A stretch of DNA of 29,377 bases. Origin: a virus. Its lineage: Duplodnaviria; Caudoviricetes. This document shows positions 14,943 to 22,237 of this stretch, piece after piece. The position numbers and the translations under genes are program-made. Under the pieces are notes generated by a model, which was not told the origin of the DNA, did no database searches, and saw only the letters and a list, made by a program, of their open reading frames with translations. The stretch is taken from positions 1 to 29,377 of the IMG/VR virus record IMGVR_UViG_3300038988_000159, one strand, 5' to 3'. Each line of letters begins with the position of its first letter. The first letter of the stretch is position 1.

Positions 14943-16385
14943 ATGCAAAAGGATCTGCGTCTTGAAATCGCCACCGTGGAGCGGGACATCACCTTCCCGG
15001 CTTTCGGCGGCGTGCTGCGCGTCACCGACGACACCCTGCTTTCCCGGGGCGGGGCCCTTGGCCTCAAGCTCTATGACGACATCGAGCGGGATTGCCTGGC
15101 CTATGGCCTGATCACGAAGCGCAAGCTGGCGGTCATCGCCCGGTCCTGGGAGGTGGTCCCCGGCGGCGAGTCGCGCAAGGACAAGAAAGCGGCCGACATG
15201 GCCGCCGCTATGCTCAAAGCCCTGGACTTCGACCGGCTCACCGAGGACCTCCTGGACGCTGTGCTCAAGGGCTTCGCCGTGGGCGAGATCATCTGGGCCT
15301 CTGACGGGTCCACCATCTACCCCGAGGCGGTCAAGCCCAAGGACCAGCGGCGCTTCACCTTCGGCGAGGACTACGCCCTGCGCCTGCTCACGCCCTCGGA
15401 CTTCGTCTTCGGCATGCCCGTGCCCGAGCGCAAGTTCATCGTGCACACCTTCGGCTCCAAGGACGGCAGCCCCCGCGGCCTGGGCCTGGGCTCCCGGCTG
15501 TTCTGGCCGGTGTTCTTCAAGCGCCAGGGAATCCGTTTCTGGCTCACCTTCATCGACAAGTATGGCAGCCCCACGGCCGTGGGCAAATACCCCACAAACA
15601 CCTCCCAGGAGGACAAATCCAGGCTCCTGCAGGCCTTGGACGCCATCTCCCGTGAGGCGGGCGTGGTCATCCCCGAGGGCCTGGCCATCGAGCTGCTTGA
15701 GGCCAAGCGCCAGGGAATCGGGACGCACGAGCAGCTCTGCCGTTACATGGACGAGCAGATCTCCTTCGCCATCCTGGGTGACGCGCCCGGGGCCAAGGAC
15801 TCCGGCGGGGCCCTGGCCAGCGCGGCCATCCTGCGCAACGAGGTGCGTCTGGAGCTGGTCCAGGCCGACGCGGACATGCTCTCCGCCACCCTGAACAAGA
15901 CCCTGCTCGCCTGGATCACGGAGCTGAACGTGCCTGGGGCCGTGCCGCCCCAGGTCTGGCGCGACGCCAAGCCTTCCGAGGATCTCAAGACCCGCTCCGA
16001 GCGGGATAAGAACCTCGTCGAGGTCGGATACCGCCCGACCTTGGAGCACATCACCGAGGCCTACGGCGGCGAATGGGAGCCGGTTCCCGCGTCCGCGCCC
16101 GCCGCGCACCCGGTGGAGCCCGGGCAGGAGTTCGCCGAGGGGCGGTTCCCGGACCAGGAAGCCCTGGACCGGGCCGCCGATGGCCTGCCCGCCGCCCGGC
16201 TGGACCAGGACATGACCGCCATGCTGGAGCCCGTGTTCGAGGCCCTGCGCCGTGGCGACGCCGCCGAGGCCCAGAGCCTCCTGGCCGACGCCTACCCCGG
16301 GCTGGACGCCAAGGGCCTGGAGGACCTGCTGGCCCGGGCCCTGTTCGTCTCCGAGCTGTGGGGGCGGCTCAATGCCGGACGTTGA
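14943..16385 (+). CDS. Portal protein (DUF935 / Mu gp29)
   Basis: 'LLDAVLKGFAVGEIIW', 'FIDKYGSPTAVGKYP', 'DEQIS..ILG'; position after TerL. Confidence 0.93.
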   Translation: MQKDLRLEIATVERDITFPAFGGVLRVTDDTLLSRGGALGLKLYDDIERDCLAYGLITKRKLAVIARSWEVVPGGESRKDKKAADMAAAMLKALDFDRLTEDLLDAVLKGFAVGEIIWASDGSTIYPEAVKPKDQRRFTFGEDYALRLLTPSDFVFGMPVPERKFIVHTFGSKDGSPRGLGLGSRLFWPVFFKRQGIRFWLTFIDKYGSPTAVGKYPTNTSQEDKSRLLQALDAISREAGVVIPEGLAIELLEAKRQGIGTHEQLCRYMDEQISFAILGDAPGAKDSGGALASAAILRNEVRLELVQADADMLSATLNKTLLAWITELNVPGAVPPQVWRDAKPSEDLKTRSERDKNLVEVGYRPTLEHITEAYGGEWEPVPASAPAAHPVEPGQEFAEGRFPDQEALDRAADGLPAARLDQDMTAMLEPVFEALRRGDAAEAQSLLADAYPGLDAKGLEDLLARALFVSELWGRLNAGR

Positions 16386-17595
16386 CCTGTCCTACGCCAT
16401 CGGCCTGCCGCCCAAGGAGGCCGTGGCCTACTTCGAAGCCAAGGGCTACGCCCTGTCCTTCGACTGGCGCGAAGTCTGGCAGGAGGCCCACGCCCGGGCC
16501 TTCACCGTGGCCGGGGTGACCAAGCTCGACGTGCTCAAGGACATCCGGACGACGATGAGCGACGCGCTCAAGCAGGGCCGGACCCTGTCCCAGTTCCGGC
16601 AGGATCTGGAGCCGACGCTTCGGCGCAAGGGCTGGCTGGGCCGCGGCCAGATCGTGGACCAGGCCACGGGCGAGGTGGGCAAACGCCTGGCCCCATATCG
16701 GCTGGAGACCATCTACCGGACCAATATGCAGACGGCCTACATGGCCGGGCGCTGGAAGCAGTTCAAGGCCAACGCCTCCACCCGGCCCTACTGGCGCTAT
16801 GTCGCGGTCATGGACGCCCGCACCCGGCCCGAGCATGCGGCGCTTAACGGCCTGGTCTTTCCCCACGACGACCCCTTCTGGTCCTCCTACTGGCCACCCA
16901 ACGGCTGGCGCTGCCGGTGCCGGGTGGAGGCCCTGGACCGCGAGGATCTGCGCGCCGAGGGGGTCGAGCCTGGGACCAGCTCCAGCCGGATCTCCGAGGT
17001 GAGCGTGCCCTCGGGCCGCGAGCCCGGGGCTCCGCGCGTGGCCGTGGCTCGCTTCGAGGCCAGGCCGGGGTTCTTCGTCTCCCCGGACCCGGGCTGGTCC
17101 TACAACCCGGGCCGGGCGGCCTGGCCCGAGCTGCAGGAGTTGACCGCCCGCAAGATGGCCGCAGCGCCGTGGGAGTTCTCCGCGGCCCTGGCCAGGGAAC
17201 AGGCGGCCGGGCCGGGGTTCGCTCGGTTCTACGCGCGGCCCGAGGGCCGCTGGCCCATCGCGGTACTGCCGGGCGAGGATGCGCGGCTCATCGGAACCGA
17301 CTCGACCGTCGTGCTGCTTTCCGAGGACACCGCGCGGAAGCAGAAGCTGCACCATTCAAAGATGAACGCGGCGGACTATGTCCTGGTCCAGGACGCCATA
17401 GATCGCGGCGAGCGCATCCGCCAGGGCCCCAGGAAGCTGGCGTATGTGCTGGACGACGCGGAGGGCGGCGTCGCCGTGGTCAAGGCGACGAAGACCGGCG
17501 TGGAGGTGTATCTCGTGAGTTCATGGAAGTTTGGCGGGGACGCGAAAGAGAGGGCGCGCGAACTGGCCAGGCTGCGCAGGAAGGCCCTCGAATGA
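16372..17595 (+). CDS. MuF (gp30) head morphogenesis protein with C-terminal PBECR2-like nuclease extension
   Basis: MuF motifs 'RLETIYRTN...YVAVMDARTRPEH...PPNGWRCRC'. After 'DPGWSYNPG' comes a ~130-aa domain 'LSEDTARKQKLHH...DY..VQDAI..G...VVKATKTG.EVYLVS'. Start at ATG 16372. Confidence 0.9.
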   Translation: MPDVDLSYAIGLPPKEAVAYFEAKGYALSFDWREVWQEAHARAFTVAGVTKLDVLKDIRTTMSDALKQGRTLSQFRQDLEPTLRRKGWLGRGQIVDQATGEVGKRLAPYRLETIYRTNMQTAYMAGRWKQFKANASTRPYWRYVAVMDARTRPEHAALNGLVFPHDDPFWSSYWPPNGWRCRCRVEALDREDLRAEGVEPGTSSSRISEVSVPSGREPGAPRVAVARFEARPGFFVSPDPGWSYNPGRAAWPELQELTARKMAAAPWEFSAALAREQAAGPGFARFYARPEGRWPIAVLPGEDARLIGTDSTVVLLSEDTARKQKLHHSKMNAADYVLVQDAIDRGERIRQGPRKLAYVLDDAEGGVAVVKATKTGVEVYLVSSWKFGGDAKERARELARLRRKALE

Positions 17596-17596
17596 G

Positions 17597-17736
17597 CAAG
17601 AGCCCGACCGTCCCCGGCCAGGCTCTTGTTTCTGCGGGCGGCGGGGCCTCCCATCCGCTTGCGCGGGAACCCCGCATGGCGCTCCGGCGTCGCCGCCGTG
17701 CTACGGCAGGGAGAGTATCACCGTGTCGCGCCAGCT
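17597..17736 (-). ncRNA. Putative structured non-coding RNA, antisense to the late operon (family not recognised)
   Basis: Five helices on the minus strand, three capped by GNRA loops (GCGA, GCAA, GGGA), G-U pairs valid only on this strand, and a CUCCC/GGGAG pseudoknot. Confidence 0.75.
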
Positions 17737-17741
17737 TGATC

Positions 17742-17772
17742 ACCATATAAGGGGGAGGCCGAGGCAAGTCAA
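17742..17772 (-). promoter_or_regulatory. Putative antisense sigma70 promoter for the structured RNA
   Basis: TTGACT (17772-17767), then TATATG at 17 bp or TATGGT at 19 bp. Predicted +1 ~17736, just before the first helix. Confidence 0.6.
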
Positions 17773-18288
17773 ATGGACCCGATCCGGCTCAAAATAGACT
17801 CCGACCGCATGGACGAGGCCATGCGCGGCCTAATCTCGGCCGGGCGCGACGCCTCCCCGCTCATGCGGGCCATCGCGGGCGACATGCACGCCGCCGTGGA
17901 GACCAACTTCCGGCTGGAGGGCCGTCCTCCCTGGGCCGGGCTCGCGCCGTCCACCCAGGCGGCCCGGGCCGCCAAGGGATTTTGGCCCGGCAAGATCCTC
18001 CAGCGCACCGGCCCGCTGGCCGCGGCCATCAGCGAGGACTACGACGCCACCAGCGCCGTGGTCGGCACCAAACTGGCTTACGCCGCAGCCCACCAGCTCG
18101 GGGCCAGGACCAAGGCGCACCGCATCGCGCCGCGCCACAAGAAGGCCCTGGCCTTCGGCGGCCGGGTGGTCAAGAGCGTGATGCACCCGGGCTCGGACAT
18201 CCCGGCCCGGCCCTTCCTCTTCCTGGACGACTCGGACGAGGACAAGATCGTCGGCCGGGTCACCGCCTATCTCCAGGGCCTCATCTGA
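17773..18288 (+). CDS. Virion morphogenesis protein (Mu gpG-like)
   Basis: 'NF..EGRP.W..L..ST', 'VGTKLAYAAAHQLG', 'IPARPFL'. Confidence 0.9.
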   Translation: MDPIRLKIDSDRMDEAMRGLISAGRDASPLMRAIAGDMHAAVETNFRLEGRPPWAGLAPSTQAARAAKGFWPGKILQRTGPLAAAISEDYDATSAVVGTKLAYAAAHQLGARTKAHRIAPRHKKALAFGGRVVKSVMHPGSDIPARPFLFLDDSDEDKIVGRVTAYLQGLI

Positions 18289-18424
18289 TCCCGGCGCGGG
18301 CAACCCCTGCCTGAACAGCCCCTGACGCGCGAGAGGGCCTTTCTAAAGGCCCGGAAAGGCATTTCTGCGGGCGGCTTCACCCTGCAGAACCAAGCCAGCA
18401 TATCACACCCCGGAACGCGCATGT

Positions 18425-18468
18425 TGTAACGCCCGTTAAAAGACGTGTCCGTCCGATGCCGTCAGGGT
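18425..18468 (+). promoter_or_regulatory. Second putative Mor/C-activated promoter (head operon)
   Basis: TGTAACGCCCGTTAAA (18425-18440) matches the 10514 box at 14/16. A weak -10-like CAGGGT lies at the same 22-bp spacing. Confidence 0.65.
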
Positions 18469-18475
18469 GGCGGAC

Positions 18476-19582
18476 ATGAGCAAGCCCATCCATATCTTCA
18501 AGGTCGGCAGACACACGGCCATGAACGGGCGGACCATCCCGTTCAGCGAGGCCGACCTGGCGGCCACGGCCGAGGCTTACGACCCGGCGAAGCACGAGGC
18601 CCCGCTGGTGGTCGGCCATCCCACGCTGGACGCTCCGGCCTACGGCTGGGTCAAATCCCTGTTTTTCGCCGAGAGCGGCCTCCAGGCCGTGCCGGACCAG
18701 GTGGACGAGGGTTTCGCCGAGCTGGTGGGGGCTGGGAGGTTCAAACACGTCTCGGCCTCGTTCTACGCGCCCGATTCCCCCCGGAATCCCGTGCCCGGCG
18801 TCTACTACCTGCGCCATGTGGGGTTCCTCGGAGCCGCCGCCCCGGCGGTCAAGGGACTGCGGCCGGTGAGCTTCGGCCAGGCCGAGGAGGGCGTGCTGGA
18901 GTTCGGCGAGGACGGCCGCAAGGCGTCCCGCCTCATGCGCTGGCTGCGCGACTGGCTCATCAGCAAGTTCGGCATGGAGGAGGCCGACAAGGCCCTGCCC
19001 GGCTGGATGGTCGAGAATCTCGCGGCCGAGGATCGTGTGCCGTTCGCGGAAGACAACCCGGCGGGAGTCCCCGCCAACAAGGAGGAGACCGTGAAGCCCG
19101 AGGAAGCCGCCGCCATCAAGGCGGAGAACGAAGCCCTCAAGAAGCAGAGCGCCGAGTTCGCCGAAGCCCAGAAGAAGCGCGACGCCGAAGAGGCCGAGCG
19201 CCTGGCCAAGGAGAACCTGGCGTTCGCCGAGGGCCTGGTCAAGGACGGCCGCCTGTCTCCGGCCCACAAGGCCGTGGTCGCCGCCGCCCTGACCGGCATG
19301 GCCGACGCCGCCGCCGTGGAGCTCGGCGAGGGCGACAAGAAGGAGAAGAAGCCCTTGGCCGAGGCCTTCAAGGAGATGCTCGGCCAGCTGCCCCAGATGG
19401 TGCGGTTCGGCGAGGTCGCCGGAGGCGTGGGAGCGGGCGCGGACACGGTCAGCTTCGCCGCTCCGCCCGGTTTCTCCGTGGACGCCGACCGGCTGGATAC
19501 CCACGCCAAGGCCTTGGCCTACCAGGCCAAGAACCCCAACACCGACTACCTGACGGCCGTGAAGGCCGTGGGAGGCAAGTAA
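18476..19582 (+). CDS. Prohead protease/scaffold (Mu gpI/Z-like)
   Basis: 'YDPAKHEAPLVVGHP..DAPAYGWV', 'VSASFY', 'YLRHVGFLGAAAPAVKGL', then a charged helical C-terminus. Confidence 0.92.
   Translation: MSKPIHIFKVGRHTAMNGRTIPFSEADLAATAEAYDPAKHEAPLVVGHPTLDAPAYGWVKSLFFAESGLQAVPDQVDEGFAELVGAGRFKHVSASFYAPDSPRNPVPGVYYLRHVGFLGAAAPAVKGLRPVSFGQAEEGVLEFGEDGRKASRLMRWLRDWLISKFGMEEADKALPGWMVENLAAEDRVPFAEDNPAGVPANKEETVKPEEAAAIKAENEALKKQSAEFAEAQKKRDAEEAERLAKENLAFAEGLVKDGRLSPAHKAVVAAALTGMADAAAVELGEGDKKEKKPLAEAFKEMLGQLPQMVRFGEVAGGVGAGADTVSFAAPPGFSVDADRLDTHAKALAYQAKNPNTDYLTAVKAVGGK
19091..19582 (+). CDS. Nested in-frame scaffolding protein (Z-like)
   Basis: AAGGAGGAGACC-GTG in frame at the protease/scaffold boundary. 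Confidence 0.65.
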   Translation: MKPEEAAAIKAENEALKKQSAEFAEAQKKRDAEEAERLAKENLAFAEGLVKDGRLSPAHKAVVAAALTGMADAAAVELGEGDKKEKKPLAEAFKEMLGQLPQMVRFGEVAGGVGAGADTVSFAAPPGFSVDADRLDTHAKALAYQAKNPNTDYLTAVKAVGGK

Positions 19583-19583
19583 C

Positions 19584-19922
19584 ATGGGTCAGCAGAACAT
19601 TTCCGTGCTGGCGCTCACCGTGGTGGCCACCGGCGTCATCACCAAGCACCGGTTCGTCACCGTGGCCGGGGCCCAGGCCGGCGCCGGCGCGAACGCTCTG
19701 GGCGTGTCCCAGGAGGCCGCGGGTGTCGGCGACGCCCTGGCCCTGGACGTGCTCGGCACCACCGTGGTGGAGGCCGGAGCCGCCGTGGCCAAGGGCGCGG
19801 CCCTGCAGTCGGACGCCAACGGCCGCGCCGTGACCAAGGACGCCGGGGCCGCCACGGCCCGGGCGCTGAACGCGGCCGCCGCCGAGGGTGACCTCATCGA
19901 GGCCGTTCTCATCCCCAACTAG
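19584..19922 (+). CDS. Capsid cement/decoration protein (DUF2190-like)
   Basis: Ala/Gly/Val-rich, 'VEAGAAVAKGAALQSDANGRAV', between scaffold and capsid. Confidence 0.85.
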   Translation: MGQQNISVLALTVVATGVITKHRFVTVAGAQAGAGANALGVSQEAAGVGDALALDVLGTTVVEAGAAVAKGAALQSDANGRAVTKDAGAATARALNAAAAEGDLIEAVLIPN

Positions 19923-19939
19923 AACAAGGAGCAGCGCAC

Positions 19940-20860
19940 ATGAATCTGTCCCAGGTCCGGGTCATCGACCCCATCCTGACCACTGTGGCCCAGGGGTACA
20001 AAGACCCCGGCTTCGTGGGCATGACCCTGTTCCCGCCCGTTCCGGTGCAGGTCTCCGGCGGCAAGGTGATCGAGTTCGGCAAGGAGGCCTTCATGGCCTA
20101 CAACACGCGCCGCGCCCCGGGCGGTGCCACCAAGCGCGTGCGGTTCGGGTACGAGGGCAAGCCCTTCAGCCTGGAAGGGCACGACCTGGAGGCCGCCGTG
20201 CCCCGGGAGTGGATGCGCGACGCTTCCCGGGCGCCGGGCGTGGACCTGGCCACCCGCGCCATCCGCATGGTCCAGACCGTGCAGGCCCGCTCCCTGGAGA
20301 TCCAGCAGGCCGGGCTGGCCACGAACCAGGCCAACTACGACTCCAGCCACAAGGTCACTCTGTCCGGCACCTCCAAGTGGTCCGACCCGGCCTCCAACCC
20401 CGAGGCCACCATCGAGACCGGCAAGGAGGCCATCCGGTCCTCCTGCGGCATGTACCCCAACGTGCTCGTCCTGGGCCCCACGGTCTTCGCCAAGGCCAAG
20501 ACCAACCCCGCGCTCAAGGACCGCTTCAAGTACACCAGCAAGGAGTCCATCACGGCCGAGATGCTGGCCAACGCCTTCGACGTCGACAAGGTCGTGGTGG
20601 GCAAGGCCGTGCAAGCCACGGACGCCGGGGTCATGTCCGACATCTGGGGCGACGTGGCCGTGCTGGCCTATGTGGCCCCCTCGTCCCTGTCCGCCGAGGA
20701 GCCGTCCTACGGCTACACCTACACGATGGAGGGGCACCCGCTCGGGGAGCAGCCCTACTACGACAACAACGCCAAGTCCTGGATCTACGGCGTGGGCTAC
20801 GAGCGCATCCCGGTGCTCTCGGGCATCACCTCCGGCTACCTGATCCAGGATCTGGTCTAG
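19940..20860 (+). CDS. Major capsid protein
   Basis: 'RVIDPILTTVAQGY', 'TRRAPG', 'KWSDPASNP', 'PSYGYTY'; 306 aa; synteny. Confidence 0.92.
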   Translation: MNLSQVRVIDPILTTVAQGYKDPGFVGMTLFPPVPVQVSGGKVIEFGKEAFMAYNTRRAPGGATKRVRFGYEGKPFSLEGHDLEAAVPREWMRDASRAPGVDLATRAIRMVQTVQARSLEIQQAGLATNQANYDSSHKVTLSGTSKWSDPASNPEATIETGKEAIRSSCGMYPNVLVLGPTVFAKAKTNPALKDRFKYTSKESITAEMLANAFDVDKVVVGKAVQATDAGVMSDIWGDVAVLAYVAPSSLSAEEPSYGYTYTMEGHPLGEQPYYDNNAKSWIYGVGYERIPVLSGITSGYLIQDLV

Positions 20861-20870
20861 GAGACGCGTC

Positions 20871-21050
20871 ATGCCCGAGTACATCGTGATGAGCCCCCTG
20901 CACCATGACGGCAAGTTCTTCGGCCAGGGCGACGGCGTGGCGATGGAGGCACAGGCCGCCAAGCCGCTCCTGGCCAAGGGCGTGATCGTGGTCCCCAAGG
21001 CCGCGGCCAAGACCGAAGCCACGGCCAAGGCCGAGGCCAAGGGGAAGTAG
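20871..21050 (+). CDS. Small head-associated protein (59 aa; absent from the ORF track)
   Basis: MPEYIVMSPLHHDGKFFGQGDGVAMEAQAAKPLLAKGVI...; SD AGGAG; fills the capsid-gp36 gap. Confidence 0.75.
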   Translation: MPEYIVMSPLHHDGKFFGQGDGVAMEAQAAKPLLAKGVIVVPKAAAKTEATAKAEAKGK

Positions 21051-21053
21051 CGC

Positions 21054-21482
21054 GTGGCCTACGCCAGCCGCGAAGACATGGAAGCCCGGTTCGGTGAGCG
21101 CGAGGTCATCGCGCTCACCGACCGCCAGGGCTCCGGGGCCGTGAACGAGGCCGTGCTTTCCGAGGCCCTGGAGGCCGCCGACGACGAGATCAACGGCTAC
21201 CTCCGGGGCCGCTACGGCCTGCCTCTGCCCACTGTCCCGCGCCTGATCACGCGGCTGGCCTGCGACATCGCCCGCTACCGCCTCTGCGGGGCCGAAGTCA
21301 CCGAGACCGAGCCCGTGCGCAACCGCTACAAGGACGCGGTCAAGCTCCTGGAGTCCATCGCCGCCGGGAAGATCTCCCTGGGCCTGGACGAGTCCGGAAG
21401 CGTCGCCCCCGAGCCCTCCGGCGTCGGGATCTCGACCGGTCCCAGGACGTTCACGGACGAAACCCTGGGGGACTACTCGTGA
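21054..21482 (+). CDS. Head-tail adaptor (Mu gp36 / DUF1320)
   Basis: 'MAYAS..DM..RFGE.E', 'EINGYL.GRY.LPL', 'ACDIARYRL', 'RYKDAVKLL'. Confidence 0.92.
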   Translation: MAYASREDMEARFGEREVIALTDRQGSGAVNEAVLSEALEAADDEINGYLRGRYGLPLPTVPRLITRLACDIARYRLCGAEVTETEPVRNRYKDAVKLLESIAAGKISLGLDESGSVAPEPSGVGISTGPRTFTDETLGDYS

Positions 21483-22051
21483 TCGCCGAGATCGAGGACG
21501 CCATCATCAACGCGGTCAGGTCCGCGTCCCTGGGCTACCGCCTGGCCGAGGTGGCCAGCTACGGCGGCCAGTACGACGAGGATTTGAGCCAGGTCGTGCG
21601 GTCCTTCCCGGCGGTCTGGGTCGTGTTCGGCGGGTCGGCCAAGCCGCAGAAGATGGGACCGGACAAGTGGAAGGTGCCCTGCACCTTCGTGGTCCTGGTG
21701 GGATCGCGCAGCGTGGCCAAGGAGGCCGCCACCCGCAAGGGCGACACCGCGGGAAGCCCGGGCACCTACCGGATGCTGGAGGACGTGGCCGGCCTGCTCG
21801 TGGGTCAGGATCTCGGCCAGCCCATCGCCGAGTTCGAGCCCGGCGCGGTCAAGACCCTGTTCAGCACGCGGCTCAACGGCCATGCCGTCAGCGTGTTCAG
21901 CCAGGAATTCCACACGGCCTACATCCAGAAGGGCCAGGCCCAGCGCGCGGCCGAGGCCGCGCCGGATCTCCAGGCCGTGGGCCTCAACTACCACCTGACG
22001 CCCGACGATGGCAAAGCCGACGCCTCGGACCAGGTGACCCTCAACCCGTAG
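21479..22051 (+). CDS. Mu gp37-like neck/tail terminator protein (DUF1834)
   Basis: 'IAEIEDAII', 'VASYGG', 'PAVWVVFGG'; synteny. Confidence 0.85.
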   Translation: MIAEIEDAIINAVRSASLGYRLAEVASYGGQYDEDLSQVVRSFPAVWVVFGGSAKPQKMGPDKWKVPCTFVVLVGSRSVAKEAATRKGDTAGSPGTYRMLEDVAGLLVGQDLGQPIAEFEPGAVKTLFSTRLNGHAVSVFSQEFHTAYIQKGQAQRAAEAAPDLQAVGLNYHLTPDDGKADASDQVTLNP

Positions 22052-22063
22052 AGGAGACGCGCC

Positions 22064-22237
22064 ATGCTCGTGCAGGCCAGACCCGGCATCAAGGTGCCCA
22101 AGGAAACCAAGCCCAGGGAGTTCATCACCGACACCAAGGCCGTGGACGTGCCCGACACCGCCTACTACCGCCGCCGCCTGCGGGACGGCGACCTGGTGGC
22201 GGCCGTGGCCACCGGCAAGAAGTCCAAGGGGGACTAG
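22064..22237 (+). CDS. Mu gp38-like protein (DUF2635; absent from the ORF track)
   Basis: MLVQARPGIKVPKE...VDVPDTAYYRRRLRDGDLV; SD GAGGAG. Confidence 0.85.
   Translation: MLVQARPGIKVPKETKPREFITDTKAVDVPDTAYYRRRLRDGDLVAAVATGKKSKGD

Noticed and set aside
17637-17736. tRNA, riboswitch or known ribozyme identity for the structured RNA
   Set aside because: No TTC-type T-loop or CCA acceptor arrangement, no hammerhead, HDV or pistol core seen, and no downstream same-strand gene to regulate.
17592-17750. 52-aa ORF (MSKSPTVPGQ...) overlapping the MuF stop by ATGA, as a possible immunity protein
   Set aside because: No SD and low-complexity Arg/Ala/Pro content, and the interval is better explained by minus-strand RNA structure. 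Not fully excluded; worth keeping as an experimental control.
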